A stretch of 63,650 nucleotides of DNA, filler included, from Octopus bimaculoides (Eukaryota), in NCBI RefSeq assembly GCF_001194135.2. It is 6 parts of 6 records of this genome, joined end to end, with 100 filler letters (N's around TTAATTAATTAA, not from the genome) between each part and the next. Parts side by side here need not be neighbours in the genome. Positions count along the whole stretch, not along the records: positions 20,270 to 29,847 come from NC_068982.1; positions 29,948 to 50,058 come from NC_068981.1; 4 more parts are not named here. The stretch is one strand, 5' to 3'. Shown piece after piece: positions 26,830 to 39,900 of the stretch (position 1 is the first letter of the stretch; each line of letters opens with the position of its first letter). A program made the position numbers and the translations under genes. Under the pieces are notes generated by a model that worked only from the letters and a program-made list of their open reading frames with translations, was not told where the DNA came from and did no database searches.

Positions 26830-27600
26830 TATGAGCTGTAGTTGTGATAGAGGCAGAGGCAAGAGTCTCCCTAGAGTAGGGGAGAATGAGAGACTCAACA
26901 GGTTAGATACAACAGTAACGACTAGGAATGTCTTATGGATGCAGAGGCAGCTTCAATCACCCTTAACTGGAGAGATAATGGGAGTGAAATGTCTCTGGAA
27001 AGATCTGCAAGAATGCAAAAGGGCTCAAGATACAGCAGCCAGGTCAAACTGTGGGAAGAAAGAGCCACAGTTGGAGCACCTGTTGAAACATCAGTAGCTG
27101 GGGAGGTATTGGAAGTAAAGTGTCACTGCAGAAAGTTCTGCAAGAATGAGAAAAGGCTCAAGATACGCCAAGTTCGGTCCATCTATGGAAAAGAGGGGGC
27201 ACAGGTGCAGCGCACAGTGGTAACACCTGATGAGACACAGGAGAAATCCAGGCAGGAAGTACCACAGAAGACTGGAAGTCTCTCAGTACCTGTGTCACCT
27301 CAAGTCCTCAGGAGAGGCACTCCATCTAATACCACACTAGGAGGCCATTCCCAGCCAGCAAAAGAACGAATCAAATGGCCCACGATGGATGAAACAATGA
27401 AATGGCAACAACTGCATTCCCTGCCCAATGAGAGGAAAGGAGCAGAAGGTGGCTGTGCACAGGATAGGAGAGGCAGCTGAAAGCGGCACCTGCTGACTTA
27501 AAGGTAGAAGAGAGAAGAGTTAAGCTGGAAGCCAGGAGCAGTTGAGGAGCAGCAAACTTCGCCACCTCTGCTGATCCACAAATGGGAGGGTGTTACGCTT
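26830..27600 (+). mobile_element. HERO/NeSL-like LINE, N-terminal zinc-finger region
   Basis: VKCHCRKFCKNEKRLKIRQVRS (degenerate CxCGKxCKNxxGLKIHQ) and RIKWPTMDETMKWQQL. Confidence 0.7.
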
Positions 27601-27807
27601 CAGGGTTAAAACACCTGATAAATGGATACTGTCTGATGACATCAGTTCCTCCTGCCCTAAGCTCCATTCCATTTGGTTTCAAAGCGAAGAACTCTGAAAT
27701 GTCAGTTTCGATCTATGCACCCAATGGCAAAACCAAAAACATTGTGTATCACAAAGCCCTGCAAGACTGAAATGTTGGAACAAAGATGCTTTTCCCTTTG
27801 ACAACTT

Positions 27808-28045
27808 CACTTGTCAACCTCTGAAAACCTCTCTTGCCAACCTCCGACAACTTCTCTTGCCAACCTCCAACAACCTCTCTTGCCAGCTTATGAAATCCTC
27901 TCTCAACAACCTCCAACAATCTCACTCGCCAACCTCCAAAAACTCTCTCATCAACCTCTGACAGCCTCTCTCGCCAACCTCCGAGACAATCTTTTTCACA
28001 AACCTCTGAAAACCACTCTTGCCAGCATCCGACAATCTCTCCCTC
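27808..28045. repeat. Degenerate ~23-bp minisatellite (approx. CTCTCTTGCCAACCTCCGACAAC), ~10 units
   Basis: ccaacctcc/caacctct core recurs at ~23-nt spacing. Confidence 0.8.
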
Positions 28046-28647
28046 CTCTAGCTGACAGTCTGTTGTACTTTTTCGCGACAGAAAATACACGAAATTNNNN
28101 NNNNNNNNNNNNNNNNNNNNNNNNNNNNNNNNNNNNNNNNNNNNNNNNNNNNNNNNNNNNNNNNNNNNNNNNNNNNNNNNNNNNNNNNNNNNNNNNNNNN
28201 NNNNNNNNNNNNNNNNNNNNNNNNNNNNNNNNNNNNNNNNNNNNNNNNNNNNNNNNNNNNNNNNNNNNNNNNNNNNNNNNNNNNNNNNNNNNNNNNNNNN
28301 NNNNNNNNNNNNNNNNNNNNNNNNNNNNNNNNNNNNNNNNNNNNNNNNNNNNNNNNNNNNNNNNNNNNNNNNNNNNNNNNNNNNNNNNNNNNNNNNNNNN
28401 NNNNNNNNNNNNNNNNNNNNNNNNNNNNNNNNNNNNNNNNNNNNNNNNNNNNNNNNNNNNNNNNNNNNNNNNNNNNNNNNNNNNNNNNNNNNNNNNNNNN
28501 NNNNNNNNNNNNNNNNNNNNNNNNNNNNNNNNNNNNNNNNNNNNNNNNNNNNNNNNNNNNNNNNNNNNNNNNNNNNNNNNNNNNNNNNNNNNNNNNNNNN
28601 NNNNNNNNNNNNNNNNNNNNNNNNNNNNNNNNNNNNNNNNNNNNNNN

Positions 28648-28695
<48 letters not shown>

Positions 28696-28739
28696 GTGTA
28701 TATATATATATATGCATATGTATATATATGAAGAAGATA

Positions 28740-29072
28740 GCCTCTATGCAGCATATAAGCTATTTGGAAAGACTCAAGAGATTAAGACTCTATTCCTTAG
28801 AGCATAGGCGAGAAAGATATGCCATAATATACATCTGGTAGATCCTGGAAGGACTTGTCCCAAACTTTGGCATTGAGGGTTACACAAATACTAGAACTGG
28901 GTGCCACGCCATAGTGTCAAGGACTCCAAATTTGCCATCAAGATGTAGGACAAGATACTGCAATAGCCTGGTTGTCAGAGGTCCACAGCTCTTCAATATC
29001 CTCCTGAAGGACCTGAGAGACCTGCGTGGGGTGGATGTAGGTGTCTTCAAAATAAAACTGGACCTCTTACTG
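28740..29072 (+). mobile_element. CR1/L2-superfamily LINE ORF2 C-terminus
   Basis: SYLERLKRLRLYSLEHRRERYAIIYIW*ILEGLVPN..RGPQLFNILLKDLR..FKIKLDLLL. Confidence 0.8.
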
Positions 29073-29119
29073 GTGTGTGTTTGTTTGTGGCGTTGTTAGC
29101 TAACTTCTACCTCATTTTA

Positions 29120-29560
29120 TTGATTTTGATGAAAGTTGACATGTGAGTAGAACACATGTCTGGAAACCTCGTGACATACTTAGATTGTTGAAAAAATCGA
29201 TAATACGGCCCCTGGAAGGGACCTTTATATTGTCTTCGTATAACTAATTTTTTTAAACACCCAAGGGAAATAACCCATAGCACCTATACAATTTTTTTAA
29301 AACACTCAAGGGAAAGAACTCATTTCATTGTTTATGTTTGATTACTTTGAATATTGATTGTGTGTCCCATTTCTAATCTTTACTGACAATATCACTTTTA
29401 TACTTTATTTGATGTGAGTAGAACTTTTCTCTGGAAACCTTGTGGCAAACTTATATTGTCAAAAAAATTCGATAATAGGGCCCTTCTAATGGATCCTTCT
29501 ATCTACTACATATTACTAATAATTTATTTAAATAACTCAAGGGAAATAACCCATACCACC
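29120..29560. repeat. Diverged tandem duplication, unit ~265 bp
   Basis: atgtgagtagaac..tctggaaacct..cgataata.ggccc..caagggaaataacccata occurs twice. Confidence 0.7.
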
Positions 29561-29949
29561 TGCAGATTTTAGCAAAGCAATCAATATTTGATTCTTATGA
29601 TCAGTCGACCTAATTCTGCATTTCACTACTCACAGTTTTGAACTGCTAAACATTATTATTGCACTTCCTTAATTTGAATCTTAAACCTTAAGGACTTCAT
29701 TCATACATTTCTATACATACATACTTTTTTGAATTCCCATTACTCTGATAATTCTGCATTTTTTACAGTTACACTTTTTCCATGACAGTAGATAAATTTT
29801 TTATCCCACAACGTATTTGTAGTGGTTTCATGCGGGCATAGCATGGANNNNNNNNNNNNNNNNNNNNNNNNNNNNNNNNNNNNNNNNNNNNTTAATTAAT
29901 TAANNNNNNNNNNNNNNNNNNNNNNNNNNNNNNNNNNNNNNNNNNNNTT

Positions 29950-30395
29950 TACCCGATTGCTGTTGCGAAAAAGGTTGTCCGGTGGACGAGGCTTAAAGGA
30001 ATGTGGACAGACATTATTCTCTGGTAAAGCCCTCATCGACTTTCCAAGTTTCACTCGTAAAGGAAAGTGAGGGTGAAGAGGGGGTCGCTCTCCTCGGGTG
30101 AATTTATGAAAAGGTGGGTGAAAGTTGCGAAAATGGTAAGAGTGGATGGTACTACTCTCAGTGTAGACCTGTGAGTCGGTGAAAAGAAGTTAGAAATTCA
30201 GGGTGATCTTGGATGGTGAGGTTTTTCGGTCATCCCCAGTGGTCCTCCTGTGTCAGGAGGCCCCTCCCACCATATCACAATTTGTTTTCCTTATTGCTTA
30301 TATTATGTATACTACGTTTCTTTTAATGTATGCTGTGTATACTTCTTTCTTTCTTCTTTTTTCATCATTCTTTATATGTAAACCTCTACACTTTA

Positions 30396-30447
<52 letters not shown>

Positions 30448-31340
30448 GTTGTTTGGTCCATAATGGACCAAACGCGCGATGCTAAACGATTCCGATAGGT
30501 GGCCATTTACTTTGACCACCGAAATAGGTGGCCATTTATTTTGACCATTTACTTTGACCACCGAACAGATGTCACTGTACATTGCACCGATCCAGCCTCT
30601 GAAAACAAGACTGAAACTGACCACTGCAAGGAGAGCCTCCGAGTATTGGTAGTAGACCCTATGAAAAGCTTTTGATTGATTCAAATTGATCAGGGTCCCA
30701 CCCATGCAAGTTTCCTTACCCAACCTGTCTATGATGTAACTCGTGAGATGGAGCTTGTCGTGGACAGATCTGTTTGGCATAGCGCATGTCGGCACGTCAC
30801 CGACCAGCTCATCGACGACAAGTGCCAACCTCTTGGCTAACATATTGTCCAAAATCTTAGAATCTGCATTGAGCAGATTTATGGACCTAAAATTGTTTAT
30901 TTGGCCCCCCTTGTTCGGGTCCTTTCTCAGCAGCACCACTACGCCATAGTTCATAGCCCTGGGAATTCTCCCATCTTGTTACCAGTTGCAGTATACTTCC
31001 GCCAAGAGATCACCAAATAAGTCTGGTATATGAAGATAAAGCTCGAAGGGCAGACCACCCAGCCCCGAAAACTTCAACTTTGTGTAACTAGTCATCGCGA
31101 CTTGTGTGTCTTCACTTGTTATCGGCATTTCACAGGACTCCGCATCCGTGGCCGAAAGACGTGGTATGCCGCCGAAGTAGGAGGTGAAATCTACCCCCGT
31201 CTCCGATGGCTGTCGATCTTGTGTTTACTTGCGGAAGCCAGCTTCCCATATTGCAGATCTTTTAGGACCTGCGGTGTATGCATCCCATCCAGCAGAAATG
31301 TTGTCGTTGTAGTAGGATGAAGTGGCTGGGTGTCTGTGCA
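29950..31340 (-). mobile_element. L1/Tx1-type LINE RT fragment interrupted by (TTA)n
   Basis: LLRKDPNKGG.INNFRSINLLNADSKIL..LAKRL..LNQSKAFHRV..WIGAMYS..SVVKVNG. Confidence 0.85.
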
Positions 31341-31809
31341 TGAGCTTGAACTGCATTATCCTAAGTAGTAGCTTTCAGAAGGTTTTAACTTCACTCTCGT
31401 TTGACATATTGGTTTCAAACAAATTGATACAACTTCAGGAATCAACATCAAAACTCATGAGATAAAATGTAAGTATAGAATTGTGATGATGCACATTTCC
31501 AACTTAATTAACTATACCATTGTTTTTTTTTTCTTTTTTTTTTCTTTTTTTCTTGTCCAAATATTTGTACACATTCAAATTTTGTTGTTTGTCTTCTTTC
31601 ATGAAATCCTCATCACTAGTATTTATTCCTTCGCGTCGGTTTGTAATAAATGAATAATCATAGGCTTGCTTCCTCAGTTGTAACGTAAGGCAAATTAATA
31701 ATTATTGATTGCTTCACAGGCTGTGGGATACCATCTTGCTCAAAAGCAGTACTAGCTTGTAATTTGAATTTCGTTGTTATTTCCTAGGAAAAGAAATAAC
31801 AAGTTGAAC

Positions 31810-32000
31810 TTGGCGGATTCTGGATGACTAAACTGCTTCGACCTCCCCAGACAGGGAGGACCTGCGAAGTCTATGGAAAAATCTTCTTGCAGACGAAACT
31901 ACTGAAATTAAAATTATATTAAATAAATATGAAGCAGCGAACATGATATTGAATTTATAAGGCTCCCCTCAAACACCACCACGACATCTCTAGCACCATA
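31810..32000 (+). mobile_element. Possible pogo DDE remnant
   Basis: HDIEFIRLPSNTT resembles the pogo I..LPxNTT motif; short and degraded. Confidence 0.3.
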
Positions 32001-32460
32001 CAGTTTATGTAAACTTGTAATTGATATATTGCCTAATTATGTTAATAATATTAAAGGGTTTTCATATATAAATATTTTCTGAAATGTCAGTACATATTCC
32101 AGATGTCAGTATATAGACAAAGCTATAAATGCAATAAAGGCTAAAATAAAAAGTGTTAGTACAATATATATNNNNNNNNNNNNNNNNNNNNNNNNNNNNN
32201 NNNNNNNNNNNNNNNNNNNNNNNNNNNNNNNNNNNNNNNNNNNNNNNNNNNNNNNNNNNNNNNNNNNNNNNNNNNNNNNNNNNNNNNNNNNNNNNNNNNN
32301 NNNNNNNNNNNNNNNNNNNNNNNNNNNNNNNNNNNNNNNNNNNNNNNNNNNNNNNNNNNNNNNNNNNNNNNNNNNNNNNNNNNNNNNNNNNNNNNNNNNN
32401 NNNNNNNNNNNNNNNNNNNNNNNNNNNNNNNNNNNNNNNNNNNNNNNNNNNNNNNNNNNN

Positions 32461-33260
32461 ATATTATATAATATATAAAATCCGTTCTGTCTATCTGTTT
32501 GTGCGCTTATAACTCCAGTGTTGTTTATCCGATCGCGCTGAAATTTTAAACATGGATACATGAGCAAGCGGGGCATTCCGTAAACTAAAAAGTTTCAAAG
32601 TGAGAATCGCTATTTTAGTCCTGTTTGTTCCGCCATTAAAAGCAACATGTTTGCTCAGACAGCCGGCACATACTATTTTGCTAGCAACAAGGGGAGTACA
32701 TGATGACAGTCAGCCAAAACCGTCGCTATACTGTCTCTCTCCTCTCTCTCTCTTTCTCTCTTATGATGTCCGATTCCGCTTGAAGTTGTATATATATTGT
32801 GTTAAGATTCCGTTATCAATCAATTATCCTTATTGAGAAGAATAAGTCAAAAGTAACCACCACATACAATCACCAAACTTCTCTACTACCTAACACCGTC
32901 AAAGTTTGGGGTTAATAATCTTAATCGTTAGTTACAATTTCTTATTCAAACTACATAATAGGCAGAACTGTCGGATTAAGACAGTAGGGTGTATTGAGGG
33001 AGGTTAGGCTGCGCTTTTTACCAGGTCTAGCTACCATGTAGAGGTCTCTCTCATTGCCTCATATATACATATATACATAAAATCGAAATAAAATACTTAA
33101 AGCAACAGTCGTCAAATACAGAAGCCAAGGTCCATGCAGTGTCATGGACCAAACTTCTTGCCTAATGCGAGCCCAGAGCAATCTCTTATCTCTTACACTA
33201 TTTCAGTATTACGTCTCTATTGTAATTTGAGATAATATTTTCAGTTTGAAAGAAGTCTGT

Positions 33261-33323
<63 letters not shown>

Positions 33324-34689
33324 CTTATGCATTCCAAAACTGATTTACAGATTTTGAGGTATGGGGTATCAAAAGAATCAGTACTATTTCGGCTACAAAT
33401 TAAACTTAATTTCCATTCACAAAATTTGCATTAAAAAATTTAACATTATAATCTTTTTCATAAATCAACTATCGTAAACATTTTATACGATGACATCACA
33501 TTTTCTATATGTGTGTATACCTTAAAAGACATCAATCAACACGACACACACCTTCATTCACTCTCTCTCTTTTTCACTCTCTTTCTCTCTCTCACACACA
33601 CACACGCACGCACATGCGCGCACGCACATGCGCGCACGCACAAACACGCGTCCATTTCATGTAGACGTACATACATCTTTCACTTTCTTTCTCTGTCCTT
33701 TTTGCTTTCTCCTCTTTCAATTTCTGCTCTCTTCAAATAAATTTTTATGGAGTGAGCGGGAGAAACACAGAAAAGACGTATAAAGCAAGGAGGATTGTAG
33801 AAAACCGAAGGCAAGAGTCTGAAGAGAGATGAGATTTTCTAAAGATCAGCAAATGCATGTTGCAGCACTTAATGCTGGATCATTAAATCAATGTTTTAAT
33901 GATTAGACAGAGGTCCAGTAGAATAGCTCTCAGAAACAGACTACGTACAGATTCGTTCTTCACAACTCCTGAAGCTGTTTTCAGATATGATCCATCCCAT
34001 TCTTATAAAAATGATAACTCTGTCCAAATTGGTGTGCTAAACACAAATTGTCGTTTCTGTAGAGCTTTAAAATTTTCAAATGAAACAAATGGTGTGTTGC
34101 TCAGGCGGCCAGGTAACATTGCCAGCACTACCAGCTCCTTTTCAACTTCTTATGGATCTTCTAGAAGGCACTTCCATCCAGTCAAAGGATTTTCTGAACA
34201 ATATCAGACAACTTTGCATTTCAAATGACATCGTTTGGCGCATCTAAGAAGATAAACATGAATTTACGCCGACGTCAAAGTTCAAGGGCAAGTCTATTAC
34301 CTCATTGATTCCCTGTTACCCACAAATGAACAACCACAGTTCCTCCAAATTTACTTTATGAGTGATGTAGGACAACAAACCTGAAGGAGCTGTTAAAATT
34401 TCAGATGATGGGTCGTGTTAGACACAACGCTGACTGCTGCAAGAGAGTATATTCACTGACATCCTTTAGGTGCGTTCAAAAATCACATAATCCCCACGTC
34501 CAATTTTCCATGACAGGTTAGGGCCTGAAATACTCCAAACGGACAAATAGCATGTTGCTTAGTAGAATTAGCCCAGCATTTACTCCACAAATGTTTTGTT
34601 GTCAGTGCTGCACTTTCCCATATCACCTGTAATATATTATATACAAACTATGCCATTTTAATCCTGAGCAACGCCGGGTATCTCTGTTA
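32461..34689 (+). mobile_element. Helitron (5'-type leader, Rep N-terminal fragment 33760-34380, 3' terminus), internally interrupted
   Basis: FRYDP..VQIG..CRFCRALKF.NETNG..FQMTSFGA..KVQGQVYYLIDSLLP..FLQIYF; 3' cct-gagcaacgcc-gggtatctctgttagt resembles the Helitron end at 48431-48459. A single element is inferred. Confidence 0.75.
34400..34630 (-). repeat. Second copy of the 9610-9845 segment
   Basis: Collinear similarity, e.g. gaattagccca.catttactc.acaaatgttttgt. Confidence 0.85.
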
Positions 34690-34742
<53 letters not shown>

Positions 34743-35308
34743 TGTTGTATTATGGTACGTGTGCGTATGTGTTACAATCATCAACACCAAAACAACCACC
34801 AACGGTACGATAGTATAAAGTAGAGAATCAAATCCACTTCAAATAAAAAAAATATGTTGACCTAGTGCATCTTAAATGATGAATGAAATGTCTTTGATCT
34901 ATGAGGACTTACTTCAAACAAAACAGCCACATCAATACCATTCGCAAGAGCAATATTTCCACCACAACACCAACAATACCTGCCCACCATCACTAGCATT
35001 TAAACCATCAAACCACGAACTTTTGAATCCAACTGGCTACAAGGGATATCAGCGTGTACATAAGTGTGTGCGTGTGTTCGCGCGCGCATGCATTTCTTCG
35101 TAAGTACAAGGAGCGAACTGCCTATAAAATCTGGTGACCCTTTAACAAGCTGTAAGCATACAGTATTTTCTCTACCTCATATTCATTATTGCATCAATCG
35201 GATACGACAATTTTCCGCCCTCGCAGATTATATCTTTCCTTGGCCAATTTTATTGTTACTACGTATTTGTTTTAGATAATTAATCACTGGTTTAGCTTTC
35301 AATTTAAA

Positions 35309-37255
35309 ATGACTGGAGAGAAGTCATCAAGTAGACCTGTAGGTAGTAGTGCGAAAAGGAACCTTAATGGGATTACACTGGATATTAAACTCGATGTTTC
35401 TTAAAGACTTGATGCGGAAGTTGACAAAACATTAAATCTTAAAATGTCTACAATGAGAACAATACATGACAACAGAGAGAAAATTATGTCTAGTGCTCAA
35501 GAAGCTACTCCGTTAAATGTTCAGACCTTGTTTTTCCAGAGATCTATGATAAATGGAACAACTCTTGAGTGCATGAATCGAGGATCAGAATCGGAGTAAT
35601 AAGCCGTAATAATTCAAAAAAGAATAATGATGGTGAAACCTCTAATGTAAAACACTTTTTGGTTAATAAAGGCTGGTTTGAAAGGTTTAAGAAGCGCATG
35701 ATTTTGCACAACATAAAAATGATTGGTGAAACTGCGAGTGCTGATACAGAGACCGATACAAATTATCCAGGGCAGTTGAAGAAAATGACTGCTGAAGAGG
35801 GTAACACACCAGTTTAAATATACAACGTTGATGAGACTGCACTTTTCTGGAAGTGCATGTCTGCTAGAACTTTTATTTCTCTAGAAGAAAAATCAGCAGC
35901 AGAATTTAAAGCTTCCAAAACTCGCCTGACACTTCTTTTGGGAGGAAATGCCACTGGTGATATGAAATTAAAGACACTGTACGTGTATTACTCCAAAAAT
36001 CTAAGTGCTTTCAAGGGTTTCAAAAAGTTTAATCTACTTCTGATTTGACGTTTATATAAGGAGACGTATAACTAAGAGTCTTATCAAAGAGTGGTTTGCA
36101 AACTTTTTCTGTCCTGCAGTAGAAGGATACAGTGCCTGACATATTTTCAATAAATCATTGCTTTATTTAAACAATACCCCGAACCACTCAGCGGACTTAG
36201 ATAACCTTTTTGATAATGTGAGAATACAGTTTCTTTGCTCCAGGCAATGGATCCAGGTTCGACAGCTAACTTCATGGCATATCATATGAGAACTTTCGAA
36301 CAACTAATGAAAGCAATTTTACAAGGAAGATAACCTACAATTAGAGATTTCTGGAAGAAATTCAACATAATGGATGCTGTGGATTATATAGTTGAGCAAC
36401 AAGATGAAATGAAGCCTTTAACTTTGAATAGTACTTAGAAAAGTATATGACCAGACTGTATCCGTAATATTACAAGTTTTCCTCAAGCAGACATTTTACA
36501 TCAAATTTGAAAGGATATTGTGAAACTTGCAAAAAACGTAGGATTTGAAGAAGTCACAAAGGATGACGTGACTGAGTTGCCAGTGTCCCAAAGAGAGAGT
36601 TTAGCTAACGAGGAGCTGATGCTATTAGAAAAAGAATAAGCGACAATACAGATAAGACAACGGAAGTTGCCCCTGAACATACTGAAATTGACAACAAAAA
36701 TTATTCCTAAAGGCTTGGCACTTATAGAGGAAGGTCTGCAGGTTTTTTCCGATAATGATCCAAATCGTGAATGTAACTTACGAATTACAAGAGGGGTTTA
36801 CAATAGGGTCAGATCCTATACCGAGCTGTACAAAGAGATAATGCACCATAAACAAGAAACAACTTTGCTTAAGTTCTTCACACTTCAAGTTGATGTTCAT
36901 GTCAATGAATTCCACCAACACTCCTCACAGTGGTCAACATCTTTTGTGTTAAGAACGTACTATTACACAGTTACGATTGTTATTAATTCCCAAACGTATT
37001 CCTCTTGATATGTTTTAGTGCTTTTATGGTTTTATGTAGCTCTATTGTACCGTGTATGTTTAGAAATAATTATTTTCATGCATGAAGGTTATCGCGTTGC
37101 TTCCTCTCTGTTGTTTTCTTGTTCTTTTGTCTTTTTTTTAAATGTTCGTAGGAACGCAATCCCAATTGATAATATGAAAACCAATGAGAAAACTTATTTC
37201 GCATCACAGCCAGATTATCAGGAACGCATTACTTTCGGAAAACAACGGATTCCTG
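35309..37255 (+). mobile_element. Tigger/pogo DNA transposon, decayed transposase
   Basis: HTH (ITLDIKLD..STMRTI), KGWFERFKKR, NVDETALFWK.M..RTFI..FKASKTRLTLLLGGNATGDMKLK; right end ..ggattcctg followed by TA; left TIR not found. Confidence 0.9.
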
Positions 37256-37312
37256 TATACATACATATATATGTATATAGGGCGGAGAATGTGTATTATA
37301 TATATATATATT

Positions 37313-37544
37313 TAGAGCGGCGAACTGGCAGAATCGTTAGCACGCCGGGCGAAATGCTTTGCAGTATTTCGTCTGCCGTTACGTTCTAAGTTCAAATCCT
37401 GCCGAAGTCGACTTTGCCTTTCATCCTTTCGGGGTCGATTAAATAAGTACCAGTTATGCACTGGTGTCGATGTAATCAACTTAATCCCTTTGTCTGTCCT
37501 TGTTTATATTTCTTTATTGCCCCTGGTGGGCAATAAAGAAATAT
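37313..37544 (+). mobile_element. SINE family B
   Basis: ctggcagaatcgttagcacgccgggcgaaatgc..gttcaaat..gtcgactttgcctttcatcctttcggggtcgat; copies at 40613 and 55478. Confidence 0.85.
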
Positions 37545-37719
37545 NNNNNNNNNNNNNNNNNNNNNNNNNNNNNNNNNNNNNNNNNNNNNNNNNNNNNNNN
37601 NNNNNNNNNNNNNNNNNNNNNNNNNNNNNNNNNNNNNNNNNNNNNNNNNNNNNNNNNNNNNNNNNNNNNNNNNNNNNNNNNNNNNNNNNNNNNNNNNNNN
37701 NNNNNNNNNNNNNNNNNNN

Positions 37720-37784
<65 letters not shown>

Positions 37785-37924
37785 AAGATATATATATATA
37801 TATATATATATGCATAATATATAAATATATATATATATATATAATATATATATATGATATATATATATAATGTATATATGTATAATATATATATATATAT
37901 ACAATATATATATACTATATATAT

Positions 37925-38220
37925 GCATGGCTCAGTGGTTAGAGCATCGAGCTTACGATTGTGAGGCTGCGAGTTCGAATCCCAGACACTTTATTTCACG
38001 TTGCTCCAGTTTATTCAGCTGTAGAAATGTGTTGCGACATCACAGGTGCCAAGCTGTATCGGCCTTTTCCTTTCCCTTGGATAATACCGGTAGAGAGGGG
38101 AGGCTGGTATGCATGGGCGATTGCTGGTCTTCCATAAACAACCTTGCTCGGACTTGTGCCTCGGAGGGTAACTTTCTAGGTGCAATCCCATGGTCAGTCA
38201 TGACCGAAGGGGGTCTCACC
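37925..38220 (+). mobile_element. tRNA-derived SINE family C
   Basis: A box TGGCTCAGTGG (37928), B box GTTCGAATCC (37973), ACG at the anticodon position, followed by a non-tRNA body. Confidence 0.8.
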
Positions 38221-38261
38221 AATATATATATATGTATAATATATATAATATATATATAAGT

Positions 38262-38334
38262 ATTGTTGGCACTCCGTCGCTTACGACGTCGAGGGTTCCA
38301 GTTGATCCGATCAACGGAACAGATTGCTCGTGAA
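38262..38334 (+). mobile_element. SINE-like repeat family D, head (runs into gap)
   Basis: gttggcactccgtcg..gagggttccagttgatccgatcaacggaacag, recognised by eye as a common cephalopod repeat. Confidence 0.5.
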
Positions 38335-38689
38335 NNNNNNNNNNNNNNNNNNNNNNNNNNNNNNNNNNNNNNNNNNNNNNNNNNNNNNNNNNNNNNNNNN
38401 NNNNNNNNNNNNNNNNNNNNNNNNNNNNNNNNNNNNNNNNNNNNNNNNNNNNNNNNNNNNNNNNNNNNNNNNNNNNNNNNNNNNNNNNNNNNNNNNNNNN
38501 NNNNNNNNNNNNNNNNNNNNNNNNNNNNNNNNNNNNNNNNNNNNNNNATATATATATATAGGCGTAAGAGTGGCTGTGTGGTAAGAAGCTAACACTTGTG
38601 AGGTTAAAGGTAATTGTAAAATGAAAAATGTTGTATATAAAGCTACTATCACAACACATGATCTCTCCTAAAACCAAAATACCACATAA

Positions 38690-38900
38690 AAAGCACTGAT
38701 GTGGGTGCTAGTGCCATGTAAATAGCACAGGTACTGGTGCTACATAAAAAATCACTCAGTACAGTGGAGTAGTTGGCACTAGGAAGGGCATCCAGCCATA
38801 GAAACAGATTATGGAACCTGGTGCAGCCCTAGCTTTATCAGTTCTTGTCAAGCTGTCCAACACATGCCAACATGGACGTTAAATAATGATGATGATGATG
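38690..38900 (+). mobile_element. SINE 3' part with (GAT)n tail
   Basis: aggaagggcatccagcc.tagaaac block; ends ggacgttaaataatgatgatgatgatg. Confidence 0.6.
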
Positions 38901-39270
38901 AATGCTAAAATTACCGTTTTGTTTCTTGCTGTCTTGTGAGAAGTTCCATTATTCCTTCCTCAAAACTCTTCTAGGTGAGTTTTTACATCATCTTCAAAGT
39001 TGGTCTGTTTGTTAAATGAATTTTGAAAAGATCAAAACTGGTGAAAATCTGAATTTGCAAGGTATGGCAAATATGAAGGATGTGACAAACCTCATAGCCT
39101 TCCTTTGAGAACTAGGAGTCATCACAAAACAAGCAGAACTCTTGGTGTTCATTATTTATTATACTGGAATGTTGACTGTTTGAAGATTAATTCTGAACTT
39201 CTGAGGGGTAAAACTCCATTATATCAAGCCGAGTGAACCTAGAATTATTTATTTTTTATAAAACTGAAAC
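38900..39270 (-). mobile_element. Mariner transposase C-terminal fragment
   Basis: HPSYLPYLANSDFHQF*SFQNS..FEDDVKTHLEEF..GIMEL, a degenerate HPPYSPDLAPSDFHLFRSLQN. Confidence 0.75.
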
Positions 39271-39432
39271 ATTTAATTACAACACAACTACTTTGCCATT
39301 GAATGCTTGATCTCTAAATTTATGGAATCAAGAATGTGTTTATTATACTCTGTTCATTTTGTAGGGTTTTAATCAGTCTGCATTTGTCTTTGTGAACATA
39401 GTTAGAATGGAAAAGTTGATGCATGTTTGTAT

Positions 39433-39647
39433 ACTCTTTACTCTTTTACTTGTTTCAGTCATCTGACTGCAGCCATGCTGGAGCACCGCCTTTAGTCAAG
39501 CAAATCGACCCCAGGACTCATTCTTTGTAAGCCTAGTACTTATTCTATCGGTCTCTTTTGCCAAACCGCTAAGTTATGGGAACGTAAACACACCAGCATC
39601 GGTTGTCAAGCGATGTTGGGGAGACAAACACAAACACACAAACATAT

Positions 39648-39724
<77 letters not shown>

Positions 39725-39900
39725 TATACATATATACGACGGGCTTCTTTCAGTTTCCGTCTACAAAATCCACTCACAAGGCTTTGGTCGGCCCGAGGCT
39801 ATAGTAGAAGACACTTTCCCAAGGTGCCACGCAGTGGGACTGAACCCAGAACCATGTGGTCGGTAAGCAAGCTACTTACCACACAGCCATTCCTGCGCCT
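39433..39900 (-). mobile_element. SINE family A, full length
   Basis: Reverse complement of the 13703-14070 family. Confidence 0.9.

Noticed and set aside
34400-34430. cagatgatgggtc..gac hammerhead-like string
   Set aside because: Core is broken and the sequence is part of the repeat paralogous to 9610-9845
37925-37990. tRNA gene
   Set aside because: A/B boxes present but stems do not close and a SINE body follows
38950-38980. Recursive-splice-like YnTAG|GTGAGT on the plus strand
   Set aside because: Falls in the antisense strand of a mariner transposase remnant; chance match
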